A stretch of DNA of 64,000 nt, taken from NCBI GenBank assembly GCA_048128005.1, contig JBEUKZ010000031.1:248001-312000 (forward strand), read 5' to 3'. The DNA is from Veleropilina oligotropha (Eukaryota). A program made the translations under genes and the position numbers. The notes beneath the pieces are model-generated. The model ran no database searches. It was not told where the DNA came from and saw nothing but the letters and a program-made list of their open reading frames with translations. Position 1 is the first letter of the stretch, and each line of letters opens with the position of its first letter. Shown here piece after piece: positions 46,813-60,750 of the stretch.

Positions 46813-48439
46813 TAATAGTTATTTATTAATCCACATTTATTTGATATATAATAAGTGAGAAACAATGATATATATGAAGATTGAACTGTGATGTTTCCTT
46901 TTGCGCCATGTTTTACTCATAATGTGCATTCCACTTTGTGATGTGATGATATTTCATTGCTACCAGTACTTTCTGTATGTTGTTCAATGACTTGTATGCA
47001 GAATCACGATGTGCCTATCTTTTGTTCGTGGATCGTTTCGCTGAAGCTTGAACATCGCTGCATAATAATCTCTTGTGATCCATGTTCCTTCTGCTAATGT
47101 TTTTATTATGCATCAGTTTTATTTTCTTGAAAGATGTGCATTCGTTTGTATCATCAAAATATTGATAATTTGAAGACCCTAGTGGAAAGTGCTTTAATAA
47201 TTCACATTTTTGGAATATTGCATATTTCTATGCTGAATGGTCAGATTATGTGTCCTTCACCTATAGAAACAATCTATGCCATAGAAAACTTGTTTAAGTC
47301 GTATATAATGCACAGTAACATGGAAACAACCTCTGTAATAAGGAAAAACAAATATTAAAATGACGATATCTCGAGAAGTATAAAATGTGACTTAGGCACT
47401 TTTTCCACTAGGCTCTTCAGTTAGTATTGAATGATTAATTGTTGCTTGCAAAAACACTTTGATAACACTGTATGAAAATAAATATAAATAAATAAATTTG
47501 CATGATATATTTTCAAAATATTAAATTTATATTCATAAAAGCAACTGCATTTGCAATTGAATCATATATCTTTATTAATATATTTGTATATTGAGTTGTC
47601 ACGACTATATCAATGAATTTTAATAATTACATTATGGGATATTACATGTATGTACGTATAATCTAAAATATGATCACGAAGTGTATAAGTAGTAATTTCC
47701 AATGTTTTGTATTATAGAATAATAATATATTTTTTGATAAAGAAGAAAAATGTTGCGTCACTGTTGCTGTTTCTGTGCTATTTATTTTCTTTTAACATTC
47801 TAATTTCTATGTTGTTCGCATTAATCATATTATTATTTGTATATGCTTACTTTGATATTAAAAAGTTGAAAATCGAATACATATATTCATCTCATTTGAT
47901 GTATGCCACCATATGCCAGTGTAGAAAGATTCTAAAATCATCCCAATCGAATGGTGTCTGTTTATAATAAGTAACTGTCAGCCTATGTTGGAAAGATATT
48001 CATGCAAATCTTATAATTAGTTGAGCCGTTTATGGAGAAACTATTGTATTGAGGCTGTCTGTGTGGTGGACGGTGTATGTCCACGCTGACTTTATTATGG
48101 CTCAACTATGCTTCCTCTCGGATGCGCTTGTTATTATATGATTTGTAGACTGCATATAGGCTGGCAGCACCATATGTAGATTCTGGAGCTTGTTCTCAGC
48201 CTAGTTGGGAGCAGCCTGGAAGAAGCATGAAATATATGAAATTTGGCACTGTTTGTGGGATCAGGAGCGTGCTCTGAGCCTATAAGCGAATTGTGCACTC
48301 GACAATAAGTGAGCAAATTGGCACTGCTTTGAATTTGCCTAGTCGGATGCAGCCGATAGAATATTCTATATCGGATAGAAGATTACGTCATTCTTACTTC
48401 ACAAGCACATTGTGAAACAGGTCTTGAAGTCATTTTTGG

Positions 48440-49040
48440 CCGACCGTTAGCCAGGTCTATAGTCGTGGATTGGAGTTGATGGCCCACCATTAGCCATGTC
48501 TCTAGTCGTTGATTGGCATTGATCGCCCACCGTTAGCCAGGTCTCGAGTCGTGGTTTGGCGTTGATGGCCCACTGTTAGCCAGGTCTATAGTCGTGGATT
48601 GGAGTTGATGGCCCACCATTAGCCATGTCTCTAGTCGTTGATTGGCATTGATCGCCCACCGTTAGCCAGGTCTCGAGTCGTGGTTTGGCGTTGATGGCCC
48701 ACTGTTAGCCAGGTCTATAGTCGTGGATTGGCACTGATCGCCCACTGTTAGCCAGGTCTAGAGTCGTGGATTGGCGTTGATGGCCCACCGTTAGCCAGGT
48801 CTCCAGTCGTGGATTGGCGTTGATGGCCCACTGTTAGCCAGGTCTAGTCGTGGATTGGCGTTAATCGCCCAATGTTAGCCAGGTCTATAGTCGTGGATTG
48901 GCGTTGATGGCCCACCGTTAGCCAGGTCTCCAGTCGTGGATTGGCATTGATGGCCCACTGTTAGCCAGGTCTATAGTCGTGGATTGACGTTGATCGCCCA
49001 CCGTTAGCCAGGTCTAGAGTCGTGGATTTGCGTTGATCGC
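48440..49040. repeat. 43-bp minisatellite, about 14 copies
   Basis: Unit ttagccaggtctatagtcgtggattggcgttgatggcccaccg; 129-bp trimer duplicated (48447-48575 and 48576-48704). Confidence 0.92.
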
Positions 49041-49679
49041 AGACTGCTTTGTCACAAATAAAACGAACCGCCGAATCCATTCCTATCATATGTGGCATAC
49101 ATCTTGTATATCATCAGGCCTTGCACTTGTGCAAAGATTGTGTGAGAGGTCATGGTATTTACTTTCTGTCACAGTTGTTTTTTATGTCACATTGCTTTGT
49201 TCCCAATTAAGACGACAGAACGATACCGCAGTATAATGCGCCAAAGACAGAAAAAGCTAGACAGTATTGGTAGGATTAAATTAACCACCAAGTGTGAAGC
49301 TCCTATAATGCATAGAAAACTGAATTATCTTTCAAAGTTGTCTAGATAATATTGTTGTTAGTGCAGGTTGTGTAATTTCATGGAAGGTCGCTTTACATTT
49401 TCTAAAAGCTTCTGAAGACCGTAGTTGTAAATAATTGAAAAAACACAAACATTCAAGATGCGGATACGGTATAATTTGTCGACTTCTAATCTGTATTATC
49501 TCGCAAGTATTAAGCTTCCAAAACGACGATATGAACATTATACGAGAAAGTATTTGGGACACGGACGATCTAATACAAAACTACCATGAGCTGATTTTTG
49601 TCTGAACCATAAGTTGTCTTGCGAATGTGGCAACCTGCACTAACATCAAACTGTTATTGTGCCATCCATAATCGGCGTC

Positions 49680-49875
49680 CTGCTGAAGACCACATTTAGA
49701 ATACGCACTGCAAATCATGTAGGCCATATCTTTCAAAGGATATATAGAGCCAGTTCAAAGAAGAGCTAAAAAATTGATAGGCTAATTCAGAGATTTACCA
49801 TACGAGGATAGACATTATATTTGAGAATAGGAGATACGATTCCGATATTCAGAATGTTGACAGTAAAATACCACA
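49680..49875 (+). mobile_element. Older degraded CR1 fragment, continuing at about 51562-51720
   Basis: Remnants RPHLEYA, VQRRA.KLI, LPYED, GDTIPIFRML. Confidence 0.65.
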
Positions 49876-49876
49876 T

Positions 49877-51561
49877 TGCATCTGTCTATATGTTGGAGGA
49901 TACGGTAAACATGCCACCAGAAAAACATATCTTTCGAGAAAAGGAAAACTTTTGTGAAAATATTGAGATTACGACTGAAATGGTTGAAAAAAAGATAAAC
50001 ATACTAAATGTTAGTAAAGCTCCAAGTCCGGACTATATATATCCCAAATTGGTGAAAGCCGGTAAGGAAGAATTAGTAAAGCCATTAACCATGATATTCA
50101 ATAAATCATTAATAGAAGGAAGTATGCCTGATGACTGGAAAATTGGTAATATTACCCCAATCATTAAGAAGGGAAGTAGGTCAAACACCCAAAATTATCG
50201 ACCTATTAGTCTGACATCAATAGTAGGCAACATCATGGAATCTATCTTAAAGGATGCTATCTTACAACACATTAATAAATTTGACTTGCTAAACCTTAGT
50301 CAGCATGGATTTATGGCGAAACGGTCTTGTTTAACCAACTTACTGGAATTTTTTGAAGATGTAACAACTGCCATAGATACGGGCAAACCGGTTGATATAA
50401 TATATCTTGATTTTCAAAAGGCATTCGACAAAGTACCACATAAACGGCTGATACAAAAATTAAGTAACCAAGGTCTGAAAGGTCCAATATTAAACTGGAT
50501 AAGGATGTGGCTAGAAAATAGAAAACAGAGCGTTGTAATAAATGGGATCAAGGCAAAGTGGGAGCCGGTACTAAGTGGAATCCCACAAGGTTCTGTTTTG
50601 GGCCCATTGCTGTTTCTTATATATTTAAATGACATTGATGACGTCATTACGTCTCTTGTAAAAAAGTTTGCAGACGATACCAAATTGTACAGAATTGTTG
50701 AAACTGAAGAAGATGCAAAAACACTTCAAAGTGATTTAAACAATCTGGTGAAATGGTCAGAGGATTGGCAAATGCTTTTTAACACCAGTAAATGCAATGT
50801 ATTGCATGCGGGTTATAACAACAAAACATTCAATTATAAAATGGGTTCAGATACCTTAGAAGTAGTAACAAAAGAGAAAGATTTGGGTTTATGGGTAGAC
50901 AAGACGTTTAAACCATCAAATCAATGTGCAGAATCAGATAAAAAGGGAAATCAAATATTGGGAATGATAAAGAGAAACTTTAATTTTAAATCCAGAGTCA
51001 TCATAACACGCTTATACAAGCAAATGGTTAGACCGCAATTAGAATATGCAGTGCAAGCATGGAGCCCATATCTTGCAAAGGATATCAAAATTCTTGAACA
51101 AGTTCAAAGAAGAGCCACAAAATTGATAGGCGAATTGAGAGAATTACCTTATGAGGATAGACTAAGAGCACTTAACCTCACAACATCGTCTTTGAGAAGG
51201 ACACGGGGGGATATGATTCAGGTATTTAAAATGTTTACAGGAATTGACAATGTTGACAGTACTTTCTTTTTTCAGATGAACCAAAAGACCTACCAGGGGC
51301 CATAAATACAAAGTTTACAAAAAAAGATTCCGACTAGACGTTTGAAAACACTTTTTCTCAAATCGGGTTGTCGATGAATGGAACAGTCTTCCTAGTAATG
51401 TAGTAGAATCAACATCTGTAAACCAATTTAAAAACCGCATAGATGATTATTTTAAGAAACAGGGCAGGCTATAGATGACCGGAAACGACAATGGGTTTTA
51501 ATATGAGTGGCAGTAATGCACTTCCTAAACCCAAATAAATTCTATTTAAATCTATTTAAAT
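49877..51561 (+). mobile_element. 5'-truncated CR1-clade LINE (RT domain, 3' UTR, tctatttaaa tandem tail)
   Basis: NYRPISLTS, QHGF, YLDFQKAFDKVPH, GIPQGSVLGP, FADD, EKDLG, RPQLEYAVQAWSP; frameshift and stop near the 3' end. Confidence 0.92.
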
Positions 51562-51828
51562 GATTATAGTATTTACTTTTCCAGTTGAATCAAGACTACA
51601 TCAGGGGGCATATAAACTTAACCAAAAAATAAGACTAGGCGCTAGAAAACACCTTTTTTCAAATAAGATTGTAAATGACGATGATGAATTACCAACTATA
51701 TTTCAGTTATAAATAGAGTCTATCAATTTTAAATGATGAAATTAATTATTGCTTTGTGCACTCGGCACCCTGGGTTTGATCCCAATACAAGACCTTCCGT
51801 TTGTACACTCAACTTAATTGTATATACC

Positions 51829-52520
51829 CCGTAAAGCTTCTAATAGTAGCCGGGTCTCTAATAGACTCCGGCCTCTACTAGACGCCAGGGGTATGGGTGT
51901 ATTGAAATTAATAAACGCCGGGTCAGTCAGAGATGTTCTGATGCAAAAAAACAGGCACGCCCAAAAATAAAAGCATACTTTGTTCACGTGCTTAGTCTGG
52001 GTGATGTCAGGACGACCCCGCGTGCTGTCTGGCGACTTATTTCATGAATGTAAAGGAGGAGGAATTATGCTTAATGTCCTGTATGTTTATAACATCGAGG
52101 TTCAAGGCAGGACATGTCCGTGTTATCGCGGGAGGTTACCCCGGTCGCCGGGTAAACCCGTCCTCTTCGGCCAGTCACGGACAACTGTGCTTCATAACTT
52201 GAACAAATGTGTACTGTTCGCGTTAGCAGAAACAAGCCAGTGAATTTAGAGTGGACACGCTACCTACTGCGCTACCGAAGCGGCACATGAATGTAAAGAA
52301 CAAGTAAGTATATTTGGACTTTTGAAAGCAGCATTCGAGGATTCCATGTTTACAAGTAGACCTGGACACCACGTGAAGGTGTATGGAAGTTCTAAGTACA
52401 GAAATGGTCAATGAAATTAATTAACGCTGGGCCTCGAATAAACGCCAGCCTCTAATAGACGCCGAGTCTACGAGTTACCTGAAATCATTTAACGCCCGGG
52501 CGTCTATTAGAAGCTTTATG
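51829..52520. mobile_element. pogo-like MITE hosting SINE copy 3
   Basis: Imperfect TIR ccgtaaagcttctaatag / ctattagaagctttatg; internal tctaatagacgcc repeats. Confidence 0.6.
52056..52285 (-). mobile_element. tRNA-derived SINE, copy 3, with an internal deletion removing the B box
   Basis: TSD catgaatgtaaag at 52043-52055 and 52286-52298. Confidence 0.85.
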
Positions 52521-53320
52521 ATAATTGGAATTAATCCATTTTGACCTAGTTTTCTTTTGTTATAACTGGACATTATTCTACACGAATCCACTGCTACAAA
52601 ATCATTGTGTCTGCTTAAAAGACCAATTAAACAAGCGTTATGTGCATTAATTCCATGCTATGGACGATTCCATTCCAGAAAATGAGGAAAGCATGTTTAA
52701 CGCAGTATATAATCCAAAGAGGTAGATTTATCTGCGGACGAGTCCATTCTAGTACACGTGGACACTGAAAAGAAAATATTAATTATTTTAACGCATAGAC
52801 AACACTTTTGCACTGACAACAAACTTCAAGCACATTAAATTCGTTACCCAAATGAAGAAAATGTAATACACGTTAAACGTTCAGAAGAATCTGGCAATAC
52901 TCCATATAATGTTGTTGTTCATATGAACGATGTTCCATTGCTTTACTTTGAAACGAACACCGAGAGCTATTTAAATATTATATCACAGAAATGTCGTTAA
53001 AATACAACATATATTTGCAATATTATACTATACCTGATGCCAAGTGTAGCGTGCTTTGAAATGTACAACATCGTGACGCAAAAATATTTCGCCCTGCATG
53101 CCGGTATAATTGCACTTAACGAGCACATTAAACGTCTATTCATAAAGATGATTCTATTTAATTAGACCGATGTCCGACAGGGGATTCCGGAGATAAACAT
53201 CATATCCTATTCACGTCAAATGTATATATTTGAGTAATTTGACGATGTAATTTAATATTAATAGACTAGTATTGTCTAAACACATAACACAGTTTATTTT
53301 GGCTAAGATGGATTAAATAA

Positions 53321-53422
53321 GTTAACCAACTTGGAACTGAGCATTCGTGAAAAATAATGCACTCGGGCCTGTCGGCCCTCGTGCATTATTTCTCACGAAT
53401 GCTCAGTTCCACGTTGGTTAAC
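53321..53422. repeat. Hairpin with CTCG-GGCC-tgtc-GGCC-CTCG centre
   Basis: About 40-bp arms, near-perfect. Confidence 0.8.
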
Positions 53423-53429
53423 CTATATG

Positions 53430-53590
53430 TAACTACCAACTAATGCAGTAGAATCGACGACTGTAAACCAATTTAAAAGTCGCATAGATTAGCACGTTAG
53501 ATGACAGAACAGGTTGTAGCTGACAAGGCAACTGCAATGGGTTTTAAGTGAGTATCAGAAATGCACAATTTATATTGAAATCTATTTAAG
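53430..53590 (+). mobile_element. CR1 3'-end fragment
   Basis: Similar to 51390-51550 (gtagaatcgacgactgtaaaccaatttaaaa...tctatttaa). Confidence 0.7.
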
Positions 53591-54587
53591 TTGAAACTGT
53601 ATCACGCATGATCACCGTTGTGACAACTGCAGTCAAGAAAGGAAGCTAGAGACAAATTCCATCAAAATGATTTCTTTGTGAGAACACTGTAATGCAATGA
53701 TGGACCCAACTGAATATATAAAAGAAGAATAATTACGAATGGTTTATGACAATGAAATGATATGAATTATTTATTTGTTCCTGACCTCGTGCAATCTCAA
53801 ATTTAATAAATCTTGAAACACGTCTTTAGACCACCACTCATCTAAATAACAATAATCTTTAGGTATGCCTATTTAAATGAAGAAAATCTTATGTGTGAAA
53901 TGAAATTCACACCATAATACTATATCAAGTCTTTTTGTGCTCGCATACCGTGAAAATTGTGTGGTCAAATCTTGTACACAATAAGAAACGCGTGCCATTT
54001 TATCTCACATATTAACGATTTATAACTACTAAAGCATATTAGTAACATATTATTTTGAGGCACCGTAAAAAGTGTGTGCATATAAGGTCTTATAAAAGGT
54101 GGTAATATCGACTTACTTCCAAAACTTGCGTAAGTTAATCTAAGAGGTTTGTTTGGCTTTATAACATAATAATGAAGTTCCGTTAAATTTCCACAGATGA
54201 CTTCCACAATGTGTATTTTATGCGATTAATCAGGTAGCGAAACCTGGTGTATTATCCAGATGTCTTCATTAACGATCGAATTAAGTTATTTAACAGATCA
54301 CTTACTAAAACAAAAGACTGAATAATATAAAAAAAACATTTAAAGGTCATTTGAAAATATTGAAACATTTATGTTCTTGTTTTTCGATGTTGGCGGTTTC
54401 TATGAATTCATTACTCAGTCCAATAATGATATTTTAAAACCTCATTTAATATTCGTGCATATTGCTTATAATAGCTAAGTAGGTGCGTCTTTGCTGAACC
54501 ATGAAGTACAACTAATTGGATAATGAATTGGAATTTATGTGATGAGCGACGCTGAAATGAAAGTTTATAATCGATAAAGAGGGGATC

Positions 54588-54724
54588 TCACATGAGTGGT
54601 CATTTAATATCACATTTATGAAACGAGTTAACTAATTTTCATATATTCCGAGGTTTCACCGAGGAAAATATGAAAATTAGTTAACGAGTTTCATAAATGT
54701 GATATTAAATGACCACGAATGTGA
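54588..54724. repeat. Hairpin with two CGAG/CGAG internal loops
   Basis: About 60-bp arms; centre ccgaggtttcaccgagg. Confidence 0.8.
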
Positions 54725-56378
54725 TATTCTTTTCATCATATATATGAAAGCTATAAGGAAACAAGCTGTACAACGTTGCTTTTAATTTTCTTGACCCTTC
54801 TAACATACCACAATTATGGGGCGTAGGTGAAATATATAAATGTGACAGTGGGATTGGGTGTGAAAAATAATCCCGTTTTTATCCACTCTATGAACTGTAA
54901 AGCGCAACAAATGCTGTTATGAATAGAACAAATGTCGCTTTATCAATATTATACTAATCCAACAAGCTTTATTCAAAGAACATGAAATGCGTGTCGCGCG
55001 TGACTAATGTATGACGATTTCGCTTTATCGTATAAGAGGTCGGCACAATTTGTCGTCTGCTGTCGACGAAGGTACGTTTGCTTACATATAAAGCATCAGA
55101 ACAATTACAAAATGGTCGGCTTGTATATGTTAACAATAATAAACACGTTTCCAGAATAATTTTGTATAAATGCAACGTTAATATGTTAATTTCGATCTAA
55201 AACAAGTTCGAATCGACCCCAATATGGCGGTATAATGACTGGAATGTACATCAAAGAGATTGCATAGCAGAAACTAAATTGCAAACTTGGCCTACTACGT
55301 TGTATTTTGTATGCTATAACTATCGAAAGTTAAACGATCTTACCTGGATGGCTGCATTTAATATTTCAACTAAATATTGGTCGTTAGTTGCAGTATTTTC
55401 CCTTGACCGTGGCCATGGTTTTCTGATCGATTAAATCGCATATCGCGGAAATCGCATGATAGAATATAGTCCGATACACTGTAAATGACCTTGTATGATC
55501 CGCTCTGTCATTGGATGTTATTCTGTTTCATTGATAAAATTGTCCAGTCAAAATTACAAGAAAGTCGATATTACACACTTAAAGTATGTAATATCGTTTT
55601 TATTAAACACTGGTGCTATGTAAAATGACCCGGATATATGATAAAAGACATTCTCTATGGATATTTTGATTTGGGCGTGGGCTATTGTCCCATGTAACAC
55701 AAGCATGATTACATCGGGAATGTCCATATTAATATGGAAGTATACAATGTCCAAAATATTCTATAAAACTCGCCAGTTAAATGTATGCGCAATTTTCAAG
55801 TTTAAATTTAGAAGTCCAATGGTCCAGGTTACTGTAAAAGGGGGACGCCTCACATATACAACGATATTCCGAGGAAAAACCATCTTGCAAACTTCCCGTA
55901 CGGCTCTACCGGTGATGTGGCGTTTTTTTAGACAGACAGCTATTGCACATCATTGTTCTCAACAATATAATATATGATTAATAAGTAATATTAATTGTTG
56001 AAACCAATTAGCCACCGCCACGAACAATTGTCAATGTAAAAGTAATCTGGAATAAATAATGCATATATATTACTTAAGCTTAATTCATTTTGCTGTTCAT
56101 TTGATAATACATCGATGAGAAGAGTTTATCTCATTATATTCTCCTCATTCTTTGCACTTTATTTCTTATTTGTTGTTAATTTTACCATAATGTCCTTAGA
56201 AAGTGGTTATTTATCCATTCTCGACCGTGCAAGCAGGATTTAAAGCTTTTCTGTAACCTCGATAGGGAAGTTTAACTTTCGGTAAATAAAATGCCGATCA
56301 GCCAGAAAGAATTACTTAGAATCATTTTCTTTCTTCATTTTGCCTTTTCAAATTCATAGTTGACAAACATATGGAAAC

Positions 56379-57169
56379 ATGTATAACAGGAACCGATTGT
56401 TTGACGATAAACGGATGGACAGCTGTGTCATCGGCATTCATATGGACATTGCGCTTGTTGAAAAATGCGCCTTCATCTGCCCAAACCAAACTCTCTGTCG
56501 GTCCTATTTCTACAACCAAGGTCAGAAAAGGTGTCAACTACAAAGACATGCATTTACGAAAGTCAATAACTCTATATCCAGCCTGGGAGACAAATATTAT
56601 ATCAGCGACAAAGATAGTAAGTATTAAAAACGAAGAAGTATAGGCATATATATACACGTATATAAGTGTACCCATAACTTCAGTTCAACTTATACTGACG
56701 GAGATAAAATAAAGATTGAAGAATTCATTTGAATAATGATCGGAGTCCAAAATTATGAAATGTAATTTCTGATAGTTTTGAAAACGATGTCCTCATTTGG
56801 ATGACATATATTTTAACATACGATAGTTATTGGTTAACTATTGACGGGGGAAAATAAAGCCATCGTAAAGTGAAACATAATACACGTATATACAGTCTTT
56901 GACTTCAAATTGGTGGATTTCATAATTGTCGTATAATTCCAATTGTAATCTTTGATATTCCATAAATTTATGATATGTTCATCTAAGGCGTGTCATATAT
57001 TATGTTCGTTCAGGGGGGAGCTATATAGACCAATATTTCTGTGTACACTAATCCACCAGCTCGTGGGACAACGCAAATAAAGTGTGCGAAGACGAAGGTG
57101 GACATCTGTCCATCTTAGATACTGATAAAAAGAAATCTGATGTGCAATTTCTTCTAGAAACAGACACGG
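56379..57169 (+). pseudogene. PAN/Apple + C-type lectin domain gene, apparently disrupted; two exon remnants
   Basis: 56379-56616 reads CAFICPNQTLCRSYFYNQGQKRCQL (PAN Cys spacing) then gtaagt; about 57003-57169 reads LCTLIHQ / SWDNANKVCEDEGGHLSILDT (CTL N-half) then gtaag; frameshift before SWD and stops after a signal-like peptide. Confidence 0.65.
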
Positions 57170-57353
57170 GTAAGAAATGCCGATACTTCATGATATAATT
57201 TTTCAAATATATTGCTGACATAAGGGAATCTGATGTTAAAATAATTAAGTAGCATCCAACAGAGGTTATTGTTCTTTAGCTGCAAAAGTGTTCTTAATAA
57301 AGAATTGAAATTGTTACATTAGTATAGACCGTCTCCAATCCTCAATTTTCCGG

Positions 57354-57548
<195 letters not shown>

Positions 57549-57576
57549 AACGCCATAGCTGTCTTATGTCATGTTT

Positions 57577-58325
57577 TATCATTATACGTGGTCCATAATT
57601 CATTATACGTGGTGCTTTTGACATTATACGTGGTGCTTTTGTCATTATACGTGGTGCTTTTGCCATTATACGTGGTGCTTTTGTCATTATACGTGGTGCT
57701 TTTGTCATTATACGTGGTGCTTTTATCATTATACGTGGTGCATGTGTCATTATACGTGGTGCATTTGTCATTATACGTGGTGCTTTTGCCATTATACGTG
57801 GTGCTTTCGTCATTATACGTGGTGCTTTTGTCATTATACGTGGTGCATTTGTCATTATACGTGGTGCTTTTGCCATTATACGTGGTGCTTTTGTCATTAT
57901 ACGTGGTGCTTTTGTCATTATACGTGGTGCTTTTATCATTATACGTGGTGCATTTGTCATTATACGTGGTGCTTTTGCCATTATACGTGGTGCTTTTGTC
58001 ATTATACGTGGTGCTTTTGTCATTATACGTGGTGCTTTTATCATTATACGTGGTGCATTTGTCATTATACGTGGTGCTTTTGCCATTATACGTGGTGCTT
58101 TTTCATTATACGTGGTGCTTTTGTCATTATACGTGGTGCTTTTATCATTATACGTGGTGCATTTGTCATTATACGTGGTGCATTTGTCATTATACGTGGT
58201 GCTTGTGCCATTATACGTGGTGCTTTCGTCATTATACGTGGTGCTTTTGTCATTATACGTGGTGCATTTGTCATTATACGTGGTGCTTTTATCATTATAC
58301 GTGGTGCTTATGTCATTATACGTGT
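57577..58325. repeat. 21-bp satellite, about 35 copies
   Basis: Unit cattatacgtggtgcttttgt. Confidence 0.97.
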
Positions 58326-58702
58326 TGCCTTTATGATACTTTGCGTTATGATAAAAATCGGGTGAGTTCGTAATTTCTCCGAAAATATACGAAGTGCCAT
58401 TCACGTGAACATTCAGTAATGCCTAATCGAATCTGCTTCGAAGCGCTCGTAATAATGCTAGGCTCGTCGATTAATATACAAATTATTTATATCACATGGA
58501 ACGTAGGAATTGCCTGTTGGTGACGTTTAAATTGTAAAATGGGCGAAATGGAAATCGAAGGGAGATAATTGGCTAGCTATGCTGTCTGTTGTGATAACGC
58601 AAAATAACTAGAAATAATGATTGTTTAAATAATATGTGCACACAACTAAGTTTTGCTCATAAGGATTGGTTCAATGGATCACCTTTTTATAAAATAATAT
58701 AA

Positions 58703-58849
58703 CTTACATAGTTTGTTAGTGACCTAATCGGATTTTACAGGGGTCAGTGGCAATTTCATATTGGACGAGGCCGGAGGCAGAGTTCAATATGACTTAATTT
58801 TCACTGACCCCGGTAGAATCCGTATTAGATCACTAACAAACTATGTAAG
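58703..58849. repeat. Hairpin with CGAG-GCC-gga-GGC-AGAG centre
   Basis: Arms cttacatagtttgttagtga...tcactaacaaactatgtaag. Confidence 0.75.
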
Positions 58850-59440
58850 GTATTTATCCTGTCGACGACCTATAATATATTACGATAATATATTCACATT
58901 GTTCGCTCTTGTACGTTGTTTATTTACATCGGTTCCCAAATGTGCTGGCTGCTATTAATAGATTTCAGCCGTGATCAATGTTCACTACGAAGAGACCACG
59001 CGACACCGGCGGCTCCTGGCTCGCTGCCAGCCCGTCGAGAGACCACCTGCAGACGCATGCCTCTATTGTCCTCAGTTTATGTTTATGCTAATCTTTTTGC
59101 CATGATCGATTGGGTCGTCTGCTTTGCATACAAGGGAAGTAACGTTCGCGTTGACCTAATAATGAAACTTACCGACCTATAAATTAAATTGTTTAGTGGA
59201 CATCAGAGTTTGTATAATATTTACACAACGGCTTTTTTGTTTTGAAGAGGTTGGTATTCAGCGTGAACACCTTGTTTTCAATGACGATTCAAAAGTAGGG
59301 TGGTATAGCCATACCAACCTACTTTTCACTCTATACCGACCTGCGTCCGTGCAAGACGGCTAAAGCTGATCACAAGCTAAATTGACAACAAAGGAGCTAT
59401 AATTGGCCGTTATGTAAGTCGGTTACAAACCTCGTTAGTC

Positions 59441-59549
59441 GGTATTCATCTATTTGAAAGACCTGCTTCCGTGCTGTAACACCTCGACCGCTCCGCGGTC
59501 TCGGTGTCACGATCCGCACGGGCGCAGGTCTTTCAAATCGATGAATACC
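59441..59549. repeat. Hairpin with CTCG-ACCGC-tcc-GCGGT-CTCG centre
   Basis: Arms ggtattcatc.atttgaaagacctgc...gcaggtctttcaaat.gatgaatacc. Confidence 0.75.
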
Positions 59550-60395
59550 TCAAAGTCGGTTAGTACCTATACATCAAGTTAAATCAAATGATATTTCTAA
59601 AATTACCATTCCGGATTTAATCAGCAGAATGGTGTAATACAGTCACTATCATTCACTTACGTTCACCCAACATACTGACTTAGTCAATCATGAACGAATG
59701 ATGATTATCTTACGTTAAGATATCTAGATTTCAAAGAGCTGGGCAAAATTATTTTCAGTAATTATATACAGCTTCGACTGATATGATTCATTGCTCTCTA
59801 CTATGAAACTTATCAACCATTTCCAAAATTTAGAAGAATTAATAAATACTTTATTTAATATCTTAGTGCTGGAGAGTTAATATCCACACAAATGTATTTA
59901 GCGGGTGATTGATTAGAGCATCGTACACACGATCGAGACTGTTAGGTTGGCATAAACAATAGCATGTACGTGTATTGCCATTATATATGCAAAATTCCAC
60001 GGCACGTGACGGGATAAATGGTCTGGAGGTCACCAAAATAACTCTGGACGTTCCGGCAACAGATTTCTATTGAAATTAAAGCTGCAAAGCAGCTGTGCAG
60101 GGCTCCAATTTAAAGCCTTGGTTAATGAGCTAAGCAAATCAGTTCAAGTTATATCTTGTAAATTCCACCAAACCAGTATAGCGTCACACAGCTGAAATGT
60201 TTACATGCATCTATTTAACACCACATCTACCTACAAATAAAATTTTAACCTTCTATCTATAATATCTCGACAATCCAAGATGACCGCCACACCAGAAGTG
60301 CTAAGCAGCTGTAATGTTTTCAGGCTTCTATTAAACACCATATGTACCTATAAACCAAATTTGAACTTTCTATCTTCAAAATCTTGGATTTAGCA

Positions 60396-60656
60396 GCGGC
60401 CGCTTCGGTAGCGCAGTGGGTAGAGTGTCCACTCTAAATTCACTGGCTTGTTTCCGCTGACGCGAACAGTAGTGGGATCGACACCCCGCTGAGGCAGCAC
60501 ACATATTTGTTCAAGTTATGAATCACAGTTGTCCGTGACTGGCCGAAGAGGGCGGGTTTACCCGGCGACCGGGGTTTCCTCCCGCGATAACACGGACATG
60601 TCCTGCCTTGAACGTCGATGTTATAAATATACAGGACATTAAGCATAATTCCCCCC
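60396..60656 (+). mobile_element. tRNA-derived SINE, copy 4
   Basis: Reverse complement of copies 1-3. Confidence 0.85.
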
Positions 60657-60667
60657 ACATAATTAGC

Positions 60668-60750
60668 GGTCTCTACGGATGAGTGGTTAGTGTGCTCGAC
60701 ACTGGACCAATGCTGTTATGTGGGATCTAGTTCGAACCCGGTCGGTGGCT
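60668..60750 (+). mobile_element. tRNA-like head of a second, older SINE family
   Basis: A-box-like ggatgagtggttag and B-box gttcgaaccc. Confidence 0.5.

Noticed and set aside
60396..60500. tRNA gene
   Set aside because: Has A/B boxes but no convincing cloverleaf; repeated four times with body, tail and (in three copies) TSDs, so it is a SINE head.
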